44,994 bases of DNA from the IMG/VR virus record IMGVR_UViG_3300006224_000004; one strand, written 5' to 3'. A program made the translations under genes and the position numbers. Shown one piece after another: positions 34,760 to 43,427 of the stretch (positions within the stretch are counted from its first letter, which is position 1; each line of letters begins with the position of its first letter). Source of the stretch: a virus. Under the pieces are notes generated by a model. That model was not told where the DNA came from and searched no databases. It was given only the letters and a program-made list of their open reading frames with translations.

Positions 34760-34925
34760 ACGACTGGTCTCGGATGACTGGTCTCGACTGGTCTTGACTG
34801 GTCTTGGCACCAGTCTCGAAAATGCAAGACTTAACTGGTCTCGACTGGTCTCGACCGGTCTAGATAAGAGACCGGTCGGACCAAGACCAGTCGAGACGCC
34901 CACCGGTATCAGTGACCGGTCTCGG
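34760..34925. repeat. Iteron array, putative origin of replication
   Basis: (G)ACTGGTCT(C/T)G occurs at 34762, 34777, 34787, 34798, 34833 and 34844. Variants ACCGGTCTAG (34854) and GACCGGTCTCG (34914) follow. Inverted copies lie at 34810-16, 34867-76 and 34881-97. Adjacent copies are 10-11 bp apart. Confidence 0.7.
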
Positions 34926-34942
34926 GAAATGGGCGGCCCGGG

Positions 34943-35185
34943 ATGAGTTTCCCCGCCTGCCCGTCCTGCACCTTCCCCGACGTCCCCGTAGCCGACCGGG
35001 CGATCGAGGTCGCCGAGCGGGTGGTCGTCGTCGAGGGCGTCGAAGCCTTGAGCCGGCATACGACCGTCCACCGGGGCTACCGCTGCGCCGGGTGCGGCGG
35101 GGCCTTCTGGACGGCCGAGACGGTCCAGGCGATGGGCACCAAGACCGCACACGTCCGGCCGCTTTACTCCAACCGGCTGCGCTAA
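34943..35185 (+). CDS. Ogr/Delta-like zinc-finger protein, candidate late-gene transcription activator
   Basis: 80 aa: CPSC-x38-CAGC followed by GAFWTAETVQAMGTKTAHVRP. My recollection of P2 Ogr is C-x2-C...C-x4-C followed by SATFITYESVQRYIVKPGEVHAVRP. The gene sits directly upstream of the terminase/head operon. Confidence 0.45.
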   Translation: MSFPACPSCTFPDVPVADRAIEVAERVVVVEGVEALSRHTTVHRGYRCAGCGGAFWTAETVQAMGTKTAHVRPLYSNRLR

Positions 35186-35226
35186 CCCTCTAGCACGCCA
35201 TCGGATTCCGTCCCTACGCTTTCCGC

Positions 35227-35679
35227 GTGGCGGAAGACCGTTCGGACACGACACACTCACTTGACGGCGCCGCTTTAGCCGCGCCTGCCAACGAAGTCGT
35301 TTCGCCCGAGGCGTCTGAAGCCACATCTTCACAAGACAGCGCGGAGGCCATTCCCGGCTTCCGCGAATCCCTACAGCGGGCGCTGAAGCTGTTCGTCCGG
35401 CGGCACAAGGGCGAATACAAACTCGACTTCGACTGGACGCTCTCGCGCCTCGAGCGGAACATGGAGCGGCCAGCGACGCTGCTCGACGCCATCGCCGTCC
35501 GGATGGTCTGTGATGCGGCCTACGGCAGTCACCGCGCCTGGAAGGAGCTGCTCGACCGGCTCGAGGGCACGGTGCCGCAGAACGTCGCCATGCGGGCCGA
35601 GGTTGTTGACGTCCGCTCCGTCATCCGCGAAGCCTACGAAGGCGCGAAGGCCGATCTTGACGAGGAGCGGGCGAATTGA
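35227..35679 (+). CDS. Putative terminase small subunit
   Basis: 150 aa, GTG start, immediately upstream of and overlapping the large terminase. The call is positional. Confidence 0.4.
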   Translation: MAEDRSDTTHSLDGAALAAPANEVVSPEASEATSSQDSAEAIPGFRESLQRALKLFVRRHKGEYKLDFDWTLSRLERNMERPATLLDAIAVRMVCDAAYGSHRAWKELLDRLEGTVPQNVAMRAEVVDVRSVIREAYEGAKADLDEERAN

Positions 35680-37061
35680 CCGCTCGCTACCAGATCAGCC
35701 TCCTGATCGCCCGCTCGTACCGTCGTCCCGCCTTCTTTTTCCAGCACGTCCTCCGGACGCCGCTCCGCAAGTGGCAACTCAAGGTCTGTGCCGACATCAG
35801 CGAGCAGCTCATGGGCGGCAACGCGCACCCGCGGGCCGTCATCCGCACCTGTCACGGCGCCGGCAAGACCTTCATGGCGGCCGGGCTCGGCCTCTGGTGG
35901 ATCGCCACGCGCCCGGAGAGCCGCGGGCTGACGACCGCGCCGACTTGGGCCGGCGTCGAGAACCTTCTCTGGCCCGAGATCAACAAGCTCTACAACGGCT
36001 CGCTCCTGAAGGATCTCGGCTTCGCCCGGCTGCTGAACACGAAGCTCGAGGCGACCGCGTCGTGGTACTTGATCGGCGGCGCGTCTGACCGCCCGGAGAA
36101 CCTCGAGGGCCATCACTCTCCCGTCGCGTCCATCCGGATCGTGGACGAGGCGAAGGCCGTGCCGGACGACGTCATCGTCTCCACGTCGGGAATGCTCGAC
36201 GCGCCCGAGACGTTCGACCTGTGGATCTCGACGCCGAGCATCGCGTCCGGCTCGTTCTACGAGCGCGACACGGCCGGCGGCGAGGACATCATCCGCGCCG
36301 TCGTCACGATCGACGACCTGATCGCCGAAGGGCTGCCGGGCAAGGCAGCGAAGAAGGCCGAGTGGCTACGGGAGTGGGGGCTGGACTCGCCCGAGTACCA
36401 AAGCCGCGCCTTGGCGAACTACATCGACGACGCCGAGGGCGCGCTCTTCCCGTACTCGTGGATCGAGCGGGCGATGGCGCAGCAATGGGACGGCGACGGG
36501 CCCGTGGTCGCCGGCTTCGACGTGGCCGGGTCGAAGGATGGCGACGAGTCGGTCGTAGCGGTCGCCGCCGGACCTGACCTTCACGACTGCTACACCGTCA
36601 CGTCGCTCGTCGGCTGGCGCGAGCGCGACACGATGCTGTCGAAGGGCCGCGCCATCAAGGCCGCCGCCGGCGCGATGCTGCGCGTCGACTCGATCGGCAT
36701 CGGCAAGGGCGTCCACGACGCCATCCGCGAGAGCGGCCGCGTCACCCAGGAGTACCGCGCCAGCGACCGGGCACGGGACGACACCCGCTTCCTGAACCGC
36801 AAGGCCGAGGACTGCTGGCGCGTTCGCGGCCTGCTCGAGAAGGGGATGCTCAAGCTGCCCGACGACCACGAGCTCAAGCGCCAGATGGCGGCGATGCGGT
36901 TCGAGATCACCAGCGCCGGTAAGATCCGCGTCCGCGACCCGGACGACTCACCCGACCGCCTCGACGCCGTCGTCATCGCCCTGTCGGGCGGTCCCGTCGG
37001 CGACTTCGAGCTTCTGACCGAGCCCGCGATGGGCGCGGGTCGAGCGATGGGAGCGTTCTAG
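35676..37061 (+). CDS. Terminase large subunit
   Basis: 461 aa (TTG start overlapping TGA). Walker A TCHGAGKTF, Walker B IRIVDEAKAV, and a C-terminal nuclease-like region (GFDVAGSKDGDESV...). It precedes the portal gene. Confidence 0.85.
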   Translation: MTARYQISLLIARSYRRPAFFFQHVLRTPLRKWQLKVCADISEQLMGGNAHPRAVIRTCHGAGKTFMAAGLGLWWIATRPESRGLTTAPTWAGVENLLWPEINKLYNGSLLKDLGFARLLNTKLEATASWYLIGGASDRPENLEGHHSPVASIRIVDEAKAVPDDVIVSTSGMLDAPETFDLWISTPSIASGSFYERDTAGGEDIIRAVVTIDDLIAEGLPGKAAKKAEWLREWGLDSPEYQSRALANYIDDAEGALFPYSWIERAMAQQWDGDGPVVAGFDVAGSKDGDESVVAVAAGPDLHDCYTVTSLVGWRERDTMLSKGRAIKAAAGAMLRVDSIGIGKGVHDAIRESGRVTQEYRASDRARDDTRFLNRKAEDCWRVRGLLEKGMLKLPDDHELKRQMAAMRFEITSAGKIRVRDPDDSPDRLDAVVIALSGGPVGDFELLTEPAMGAGRAMGAF

Positions 37062-38717
37062 ATGGGACTCTTCTCCAGGCTCCTCACCTTCGCCGCCAAA
37101 GCGCCCGCTCCGAAGAAGGAAACGCCCGACCTCTACGTCGAGTCCTACCAGGACCGCTCGCTCGTCAGCACGGCCACGACGCTGTCGCCCGAGACGCTGC
37201 TCTCCTACCTCCGGGCGGCCGAGACGGGCAACACCCCCTACCGCGACGCCTTCTACGACGAGATGCGGAGCCGCGACGCCCACCTCGACGGCGAACTGTC
37301 GAAGGCCACGCACGCCATCTCGGGCGCCAAGATCGACATCCTGCCGTACCCGACCTCGCTCCGGACGCGGGCGCTGATGAACACGGCCGAGGCAAAGCGG
37401 GCGAACGAGATCGTCGAGTACGTCAAGGAGCAGCTCTTCGCGCCCGAGATCCGGCTCGACCGCGCCATCGGGGCTCTCTGCACGGGCTTGTGGAAGGGCC
37501 TCGCGGCGCTCGAGGTCGAGGTCGTGCCCGGCGGCTCGCCCGGCGGCAAGGAGCGGCTCGTCGGCCTCGAGCAGATCCCGTCGCAGCGGTTCCGCTACGA
37601 GACCAACTCCACCGAGCTGCTCTTCCAGCCGACGGACAACTACAACGTCACGATCCCGGTCGAGCAGCTACAGCAGGAGGGCCGGCTCGTCCTCCTGATC
37701 GACGACGAGTCGAATCCCAACCCGGCGCGGCGCGGCCTTCTGCGGCGCTGCATCGCCACCTGGATCATCCGCAACGAGGGGCTCCGCTGGTGGGCGCGCT
37801 ACGTCGAGCTGTTCGGCATCCCGTACCGCATCGGCAAGCACGCCCCCAACGACATCAAGACGCAGCAGGCGCTCGTCAACGCAGCCAAGAACGCCGGCGC
37901 GGCGGGATGGGCCGTCATTCCGGACTCGGCGTCGATGGAGTTCCTGAACGCCGTCGTCGGCACGGCCGGCGCGAACGCACACTCAGAGATCCTCGACTGG
38001 TGCGCCCGCGAGATGTCGAAAGTCATCAACGGCGGCACGCAGACGACCGACGTACAGGTCGGCGCCGGCTCCAAGTCGTCCGCGTCCGTCCACGACGAGC
38101 AGCGGCAGAACCTCGCGGAAGCGCGGGCGGTCGAGATCGCGTCCGTCCTGCGCGAGCAGCTCGTCAAGGGCCTCGTCGTCCGTAACTTCGGACCCGAGGC
38201 GGAAATCTACACGCCCGAGATCAAGATCCGCGTCGAGGACGAGGAGGATCTCCTCACCCTCTCGCAGACGGTCAAGAACCTGACCGACGCGGGCGTCTCG
38301 ACGCTCCCGGTGACGTGGTTCCACGGCCTCAGCGGCATCCCGATGCCCGAGGAGGGCGACCAGGTCATCGCCAAGCCCGCGGCACCCTCGCCGTTCGGGC
38401 AGGGCGTCCCGACAGGCGCCCAGGTCATCCCGTTCCGCGCCGCGGCCTCCACGGCAACCGTCGACCCGCTCGTCGATCGCGCCACGAAGCTCGCTCCGGG
38501 CGCCGCCGAGGAGATCGTCGGCCCCTACCGCGCCGTCATCGACAAGGCCGTCGCCGAGGGCGTCGACCTGACGACCGTCCTCGTCCGCGTCCTGCACCAC
38601 GCACGGTTCGAGGCGGTCACGGCCGAGAAACTGCAGGATCTCCTCGCCGCCGTCATGCTCGACGCGACGATGCGCGGCGTCGTCGACCAGCGGAAGGAGC
38701 GCGGGCGGAATGCCTGA
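37062..38717 (+). CDS. Portal protein (Mu gp29 / DUF935-like)
   Basis: 551 aa. LLSYLRAAETGNTPYRDAFYDEMRSRDAHLDGELSKATHAISGAKIDILPY matches the remembered DUF935 N-terminal pattern. It lies between the terminase and the gpF-like gene. Confidence 0.8.
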   Translation: MGLFSRLLTFAAKAPAPKKETPDLYVESYQDRSLVSTATTLSPETLLSYLRAAETGNTPYRDAFYDEMRSRDAHLDGELSKATHAISGAKIDILPYPTSLRTRALMNTAEAKRANEIVEYVKEQLFAPEIRLDRAIGALCTGLWKGLAALEVEVVPGGSPGGKERLVGLEQIPSQRFRYETNSTELLFQPTDNYNVTIPVEQLQQEGRLVLLIDDESNPNPARRGLLRRCIATWIIRNEGLRWWARYVELFGIPYRIGKHAPNDIKTQQALVNAAKNAGAAGWAVIPDSASMEFLNAVVGTAGANAHSEILDWCAREMSKVINGGTQTTDVQVGAGSKSSASVHDEQRQNLAEARAVEIASVLREQLVKGLVVRNFGPEAEIYTPEIKIRVEDEEDLLTLSQTVKNLTDAGVSTLPVTWFHGLSGIPMPEEGDQVIAKPAAPSPFGQGVPTGAQVIPFRAAASTATVDPLVDRATKLAPGAAEEIVGPYRAVIDKAVAEGVDLTTVLVRVLHHARFEAVTAEKLQDLLAAVMLDATMRGVVDQRKERGRNA

Positions 38718-39366
38718 CCTCCGCGACCTCCCGGGCGTCCTCGAGTCGTGGCAGCGCCGCAAGGTGCTCCCGACGGGCGTCTTCAACGCGCTCGCGGCCG
38801 AGGAGAAGGCGAAGGCGTTCGGTCTGGCGACCGTCTGGGACAGCAAGCTCCTCGAGGCGCTCTACGCCTCGCTGACGAACGGCATCCGCGACGCCTTGAC
38901 GTCGAAGGAATGGACGACCGAGGCGAACCGCATCCTCGCGGCCTTCGGCGGCGAGGTCTACAGCGGCGAGGAGTTCTCGGCGTGGTACGCAGACCTCGTC
39001 TTCCGCCAGAACACCATGACCGCCTACAACGCCGGGCGCTACGCCGAGATGTTCTCGCCGGCGTGGATGCAGCGGGCCGGATTCTGGATGTACGCCACAG
39101 CCGAGGACGAGCGCGTCTGCGAGATCTGCGGGCCGCTCGACGGCAAGGTCTTCGCCAAGGCCGACGCCGGGGCGAGGAACTTCCTGCCGGGCGTCCACTT
39201 CAACTGCCGATGCCAGGCGATCGAGCTCGATGCCGAGGACGTGCGGGCGGGCGAGTACCAGGTCAGCAGCAGCGGCGCGATCAGCGTCCCGATGGACCCG
39301 GACTGGGACGTCGACCGCGTCATCTCGACCGTTCCGCCTGAACTCCTGATGGGGAGGGCCGCATGA
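38710..39366 (+). CDS. Head morphogenesis protein (Mu gpF / SPP1 gp7 family)
   Basis: 218 aa: TAYNAGRY ... CEICGPLDGKVF ... PGVHFNCRC is the characteristic gpF-like core. It follows the portal gene. Confidence 0.75.
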   Translation: MPDLRDLPGVLESWQRRKVLPTGVFNALAAEEKAKAFGLATVWDSKLLEALYASLTNGIRDALTSKEWTTEANRILAAFGGEVYSGEEFSAWYADLVFRQNTMTAYNAGRYAEMFSPAWMQRAGFWMYATAEDERVCEICGPLDGKVFAKADAGARNFLPGVHFNCRCQAIELDAEDVRAGEYQVSSSGAISVPMDPDWDVDRVISTVPPELLMGRAA

Positions 39367-40532
39367 GCGAACCCATGACTGCCGACCTTTTCCGGCCGAT
39401 CCACGGCCCGCACCGGAAGCTCGCCGAGGCCGAACGCGCCGAGACGACCGACGGGATCGTCCGTCTGACCTTCTTCCCGATGGGGATGGCGCGGATGGAC
39501 GAGGAGGACTGGCGGCAGTTCGAGATCACGCCCGAGAACGTCCTCAAGATGGCCGACCTGGCGAACGCGAAGCTCGTCGGCGGCCAGAAGATCCGCGTCA
39601 ACTACGGGCACGACGGCAGCGGCCGCAAGGCCGGCGAAGTGCTGAAGTTCGAGGCGGACGGCAGCGGCCTCCACGGCTACGTCAAGTGGACGCCGGCGGC
39701 CCGTGCCGCGATCCGCACCGACCCGCCCGAGTGGGACGGCTTCTCGCCCGAGTTCTTCGCCGAGCGCGTCATGGACACGGCCGAGCGCAAGCCCGTCATG
39801 CACGAGGGCCGCGAAGTGCTGCGTCCCTACGAAATCACCGGCGGCGCGTTGACCAACACGCCGGCCATGCCCGACCTACGAGTTGCAGCCAACAAAGCGA
39901 CGCCGGCCGATGCCGGCGATCGAATCGGAAACGCGCCGTCCGCTGAGACGGCCAAGAACGAGGAGACAGACATGGCGCTCCCCAAGGAGACACTCGCTCG
40001 TCTCGGCCTCGCGGAAGACGCGGGTCCGGAAGACGTCCAGAAGGCGATCGACAGCCTCGCCGACAAGCTGGCTGCGCTGACCCCGGCGGTATCCGTCGCC
40101 GTCGAGCCGCCCGCGCCCGTCGTGGCAGCGGTCGAGCCGCCGCCGGACCTGACGGCGCAGATCCAGGCCGAGGCCGCCAAGCTCCACGAGAAGGCCGAGC
40201 ACGAGCGCAACGTCGCCGCGGCCGTCGAGAAGGCGCTCGCGGACGGCAAGATCACGGCCGCGCAGAAGCCCGACGCCGAGACGTTCGCCGCAGCCAACCT
40301 CGAGGGCTTCAAGAAGTTCGTCGAGGCGATGCCGGTCGTCGCGCCGGTCGGCAAGGACAAGCTGGCGACGCGGACGGCGTCGAAGACCAAGCGGGCCGCG
40401 AACGACTACATCGGAGACGCGGCGGTGGCGTTCAACCCCGAGCGTCTGAACCTCCACCTGGCCGCCGTCGCGTACTCCGAGGAGAACAAGGTCAGCTACG
40501 CGCAGGCCGCCCTCGCGGTCAGCCGCAAGTAG
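39363..40532 (+). CDS. Prohead protease / scaffold protein (Mu gpI-like with a helical scaffold C-terminal half)
   Basis: 389 aa. The N-terminal half (RVNYGHDGSGRKAGEVLKFEADGSGLHGYVKWTPAARAAI) is Mu-I-like. The C-terminal half is Ala/Glu/Lys-rich and helical. Confidence 0.6.
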   Translation: MSEPMTADLFRPIHGPHRKLAEAERAETTDGIVRLTFFPMGMARMDEEDWRQFEITPENVLKMADLANAKLVGGQKIRVNYGHDGSGRKAGEVLKFEADGSGLHGYVKWTPAARAAIRTDPPEWDGFSPEFFAERVMDTAERKPVMHEGREVLRPYEITGGALTNTPAMPDLRVAANKATPADAGDRIGNAPSAETAKNEETDMALPKETLARLGLAEDAGPEDVQKAIDSLADKLAALTPAVSVAVEPPAPVVAAVEPPPDLTAQIQAEAAKLHEKAEHERNVAAAVEKALADGKITAAQKPDAETFAAANLEGFKKFVEAMPVVAPVGKDKLATRTASKTKRAANDYIGDAAVAFNPERLNLHLAAVAYSEENKVSYAQAALAVSRK

Positions 40533-40547
40533 GAAGAGGAGAGAACA

Positions 40548-40925
40548 ATGGCTCACACTCGGGGACTCGAGAACCAGCCCGGCGGCCGGACGATCAGCGG
40601 CGTGGCCGGTGCGAACCTTTCAAAGCATCTGCTCTATCGCATCGACGCGACGAGCAACGCGACCATCACCCTCGCGGGCGCGGGCGCGGTCGACTGCGGC
40701 GTCGTCCGCCAGGCGGCCCTGTCCGGCCAGCCGGTGACGCTCGACTGCAACGGCGTCCTCGTCGTCACGTCGGGCGAGGCCCTCGCCACGGTCGGCACGC
40801 CGGTCAAGTGCGACGCCGCCGGCAAGGTCGTCACGGCAACCGCCGGCACCGATCACATCATCGGCGTCACCCGGACCCCGACCGCCTCGGGAGCGAACGA
40901 GCTCATCTCGATCACGAAGTTCTGA
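40548..40925 (+). CDS. Head decoration / cement-like protein (DUF2190-like), paralogue 1
   Basis: 125 aa with SD GGAAGAGGAG, located between scaffold and capsid. Clearly homologous to the next ORF. Confidence 0.5.
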   Translation: MAHTRGLENQPGGRTISGVAGANLSKHLLYRIDATSNATITLAGAGAVDCGVVRQAALSGQPVTLDCNGVLVVTSGEALATVGTPVKCDAAGKVVTATAGTDHIIGVTRTPTASGANELISITKF

Positions 40926-40938
40926 CGTGGAGGAGTAG

Positions 40939-41316
40939 ATGGCTCATACACGCGGACTCGAATACGAACCCGGGAACCGGAAGGTCAGCGGCCTCGCCGG
41001 CCTCGACCTGACCGAGCATCTCCTCTACCAGATCGACGCCACGTCGAACGCGACGGTCACGCTCGCGGCCGACGGCGCGATCGACGTCGGCACGCCCCGC
41101 GTCGCCTCCAAGAGCGGCCAGCCCTGCGCGCTCGACTGCGACGGCGTCCTCATCGTCACGGCCGGAGAGGCCCTCACGACCGTCGGCACCGCCGTCAAGT
41201 GCGGCAACGGGACCGGCAAGGTCGTCGAAGCGACGGTCGGGACCGACCACGTCATCGGCGCGACGCGGACGCCCGCGGCCGCCGACGGCGATCTGCTCTC
41301 CATCACGAAGTTCTGA
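40939..41316 (+). CDS. Head decoration / cement-like protein (DUF2190-like), paralogue 2
   Basis: 125 aa with SD GGAGGAG. It shares MAHTRGLE, HLLY.IDATSNAT.TLA, SGQP..LDC.GVL.VT.GEAL.TVGT.VKC, GKVV.AT.GTDH.IG.TRTP and L.SITKF with paralogue 1. Confidence 0.5.
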   Translation: MAHTRGLEYEPGNRKVSGLAGLDLTEHLLYQIDATSNATVTLAADGAIDVGTPRVASKSGQPCALDCDGVLIVTAGEALTTVGTAVKCGNGTGKVVEATVGTDHVIGATRTPAAADGDLLSITKF

Positions 41317-41339
41317 CGAGAAAAAAAAGGAGTTAGAAA

Positions 41340-42302
41340 ATGATTGGCCCGAATCTCAGCGAACTGCTCCCCGATCCGGTCCTCACGAACGTGGCGACGG
41401 ACACCTGGAAGAACGGCGGATGGGTCGCCGACCGCCTCGCGCCCGTCAAGCGCGTGCCGAAGGACAAGTACCGCTGGGCGACGTGGGACGCCAGCGTGCT
41501 CGACGTGACCTACGAGGCCGTCCGGAGCCCCGGCGCACGCGCCAACATGGTCCCGCGCCCGGCGAAGACCTGGAGCGAGGGCGTCATCAAGGAGTCCGCG
41601 CTCCGCGTCGAATACTCGCAGGAGGACATCGACAACTCGATCTCCCCCGACGAGCCGCGGGTCACGGGCACGCAGCGCATCGTCAACGCGCTCCAGTACC
41701 TCGTCGAGAAGGCGATCCACACCAAGTACCTCGCGTCCGGCTTCGCCGCCGGCAACAAGGAAGCCGCCGCGGCCCACTGGCACGAGTCGACGACCTACAT
41801 CCAGTCCGACATCGAAGACGCGAAGATGAAGTTCTTCAAGCGGACGGGCATCGAGGCGAACTACCTCCTCATGCCGCGGCACATCTGGCCGATCTTCGCC
41901 GCGTCGTCCGAGATCAAGACGCTCCGCGTCTACACCGAGCCGGGCCTGCTCGCCAAGGGCCTGCCGGAAGGGCCGATCTTCGGCCTCCAGCTCATCGTCC
42001 CGGGCGCCCGCTACGACACGCTCCCGACCGGCACCTACACGCCCGCCTTCGTCTGGACCGACAACGACGTATGGATCGGCTACTCGCCGACCCTGAACGG
42101 CGGCACGTGGGACGGCGTCGCGCCGTGCGCCTTCGGGCAGTTCGAGGCCACGCTCCTCGGCGAGTCCCCGTTTGCCGTGCGCGAGTACCAGAGCCCGTAC
42201 TTCGCGGAGGACAAGACCTACATCATCACGGCCGACTTCCGCCGCACCGCCGAGACGATCAACGCGGAGTACGCCTACGCCATCACCGCCGTGACCGCCT
42301 AG
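41340..42302 (+). CDS. Major capsid protein
   Basis: 320 aa. The AT-rich leader has an A8 run and SD (GAGAAAAAAAAGGAGTTAGAAAATG), unusual in this GC-rich genome and consistent with very high expression. It sits after the protease/scaffold and decoration genes. Confidence 0.75.
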   Translation: MIGPNLSELLPDPVLTNVATDTWKNGGWVADRLAPVKRVPKDKYRWATWDASVLDVTYEAVRSPGARANMVPRPAKTWSEGVIKESALRVEYSQEDIDNSISPDEPRVTGTQRIVNALQYLVEKAIHTKYLASGFAAGNKEAAAAHWHESTTYIQSDIEDAKMKFFKRTGIEANYLLMPRHIWPIFAASSEIKTLRVYTEPGLLAKGLPEGPIFGLQLIVPGARYDTLPTGTYTPAFVWTDNDVWIGYSPTLNGGTWDGVAPCAFGQFEATLLGESPFAVREYQSPYFAEDKTYIITADFRRTAETINAEYAYAITAVTA

Positions 42303-42327
42303 TCGATGGAGTGAGGAGGGCGGCCCA

Positions 42328-42963
42328 ATGCAAATTCGTTCTCCCGACAAGATCATCGGGGCCGTGCTGCTCCTCGGGATGTTCATCCTCCTGATGAACG
42401 TCCCCACGAGCCACGCGCCGGCCGACACGACGACGGTGACGCTGATGTCGGCGCAGACCACCACCGGGCTCGGCAAGGCCAGCGTCGGCACCCTCGGGAC
42501 GCCGGCGCCGGGCGGCGGGGACCACTTCACCTTCCAATTCACCGGCGTCGGTACGGCGACGGCCCGCATCGAGCTGTCGAACGACGGGACCAACTGGGCG
42601 CCCGTCTACACGTTCAAGGCGATCTCCGACTTCTACCAGGCGCCCGTCTGCGGCGCGTGCCTGTACCGCGCCTACGCGATCATCGCCGACGCGACGAACA
42701 CCGTGACCATCACGGCGACGCTCGGCGGCGCGGCGATGTTCAACGCGCCGACCTACACGCCGACGAACACGCCGACGACGACGCCGACGCCGACCCGGAC
42801 GCCGACGGTGACGCCGAGCAACACGCCGACACGGACGCCGACCGTCACGCAGACGCCGACGGCCCGCCCGACGTGGACCCCGACGCCGGCCGTTCCGCCG
42901 GGCTTCCCGACGGCAACGCCGACGCCCACCGCGACACGCACTCCGACCGTGACGCCAACCTGA
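42328..42963 (+). CDS. Signal-peptide protein with a beta domain and a C-terminal Pro/Thr repeat tail
   Basis: 211 aa with SD GTGAGGAGGG. N-terminal signal or anchor MQIRSPDKIIGAVLLLGMFILLMNVPTSHA. The C-terminal 70 aa are (T-P-T)n: TYTPTNTPTTTPTPTRTPTVTPSNTPTRTPTVTQTPT... Confidence 0.6.
   Translation: MQIRSPDKIIGAVLLLGMFILLMNVPTSHAPADTTTVTLMSAQTTTGLGKASVGTLGTPAPGGGDHFTFQFTGVGTATARIELSNDGTNWAPVYTFKAISDFYQAPVCGACLYRAYAIIADATNTVTITATLGGAAMFNAPTYTPTNTPTTTPTPTRTPTVTPSNTPTRTPTVTQTPTARPTWTPTPAVPPGFPTATPTPTATRTPTVTPT
42748..42960 (+). repeat. Pro/Thr (TPT) low-complexity coding repeat
   Basis: acgccgac-type units repeat across the last 71 codons of CDS 42328..42963. Confidence 0.8.
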
Positions 42964-42979
42964 TGAGAAGGAGAGGCTG

Positions 42980-43369
42980 ATGCCGACCCATACCAAGCTC
43001 GTGGAATACCAGGTCGGCGGTGCGAGGATCGCCTACACCGCCGACGCCGTCAGCGCAGACGGCGAGGTCGCCTATGAAGGCACCATCGTCAAGAACACCG
43101 CTGACAACGAGATCGACCTCGCGTTCGACTACGCCGACGTCAAGGCGTGCTCCATCTACGCCACGACGGCGATGGTGGTCGAGACCAACAGCACGACCGT
43201 CCCCGACGACACGTTCACCCTCGCGGCGGGCGAGCAGCTCGCCTGGACCAACAACGAGACGGCCACGAACCCGTTCACGGCCAACGTCACCAAGTTCTAC
43301 GTCACCAACAGCGACGCGAACAACGACGGCACGCTCAAGATCCACGTCCTCCTCGACGTGACCCCGTAG
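42980..43369 (+). CDS. Hypothetical beta-rich protein
   Basis: 129 aa with SD AAGGAGAGG. Confidence 0.5.
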   Translation: MPTHTKLVEYQVGGARIAYTADAVSADGEVAYEGTIVKNTADNEIDLAFDYADVKACSIYATTAMVVETNSTTVPDDTFTLAAGEQLAWTNNETATNPFTANVTKFYVTNSDANNDGTLKIHVLLDVTP

Positions 43370-43376
43370 ACCAACC

Positions 43377-43403
43377 GGGGCGGCGGTTGCGAGCCGCCGC
43401 CCC
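43377..43403 (+). terminator. GC-rich hairpin (terminator-like, no U tract)
   Basis: GGGGCGGCGG, a 7-nt loop TTGCGAG, then CCGCCGCCCC, 8 nt after the stop of 42980..43369. Confidence 0.35.
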
Positions 43404-43427
43404 ATTACCCGAGCAGAGAGGAACTCA

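Noticed and set aside
34760-34925. A mini-CRISPR or transposon ends.
   Set aside because: The units are only 10-11 bp, are head-to-tail at helical spacing, and have mixed orientation. This is classic iteron organisation next to a replication gene.
35227-42302. Mu-type transposable phage, suggested by the Mu-like portal, gpF, gpI and gp36-like genes.
   Set aside because: No DDE transposase (MuA) or MuB-like ATPase is present, and no host-DNA flanks are visible. A tyrosine integrase with attP, an iteron origin and a DnaB-like helicase are present instead. Only the head and connector modules are Mu-like.
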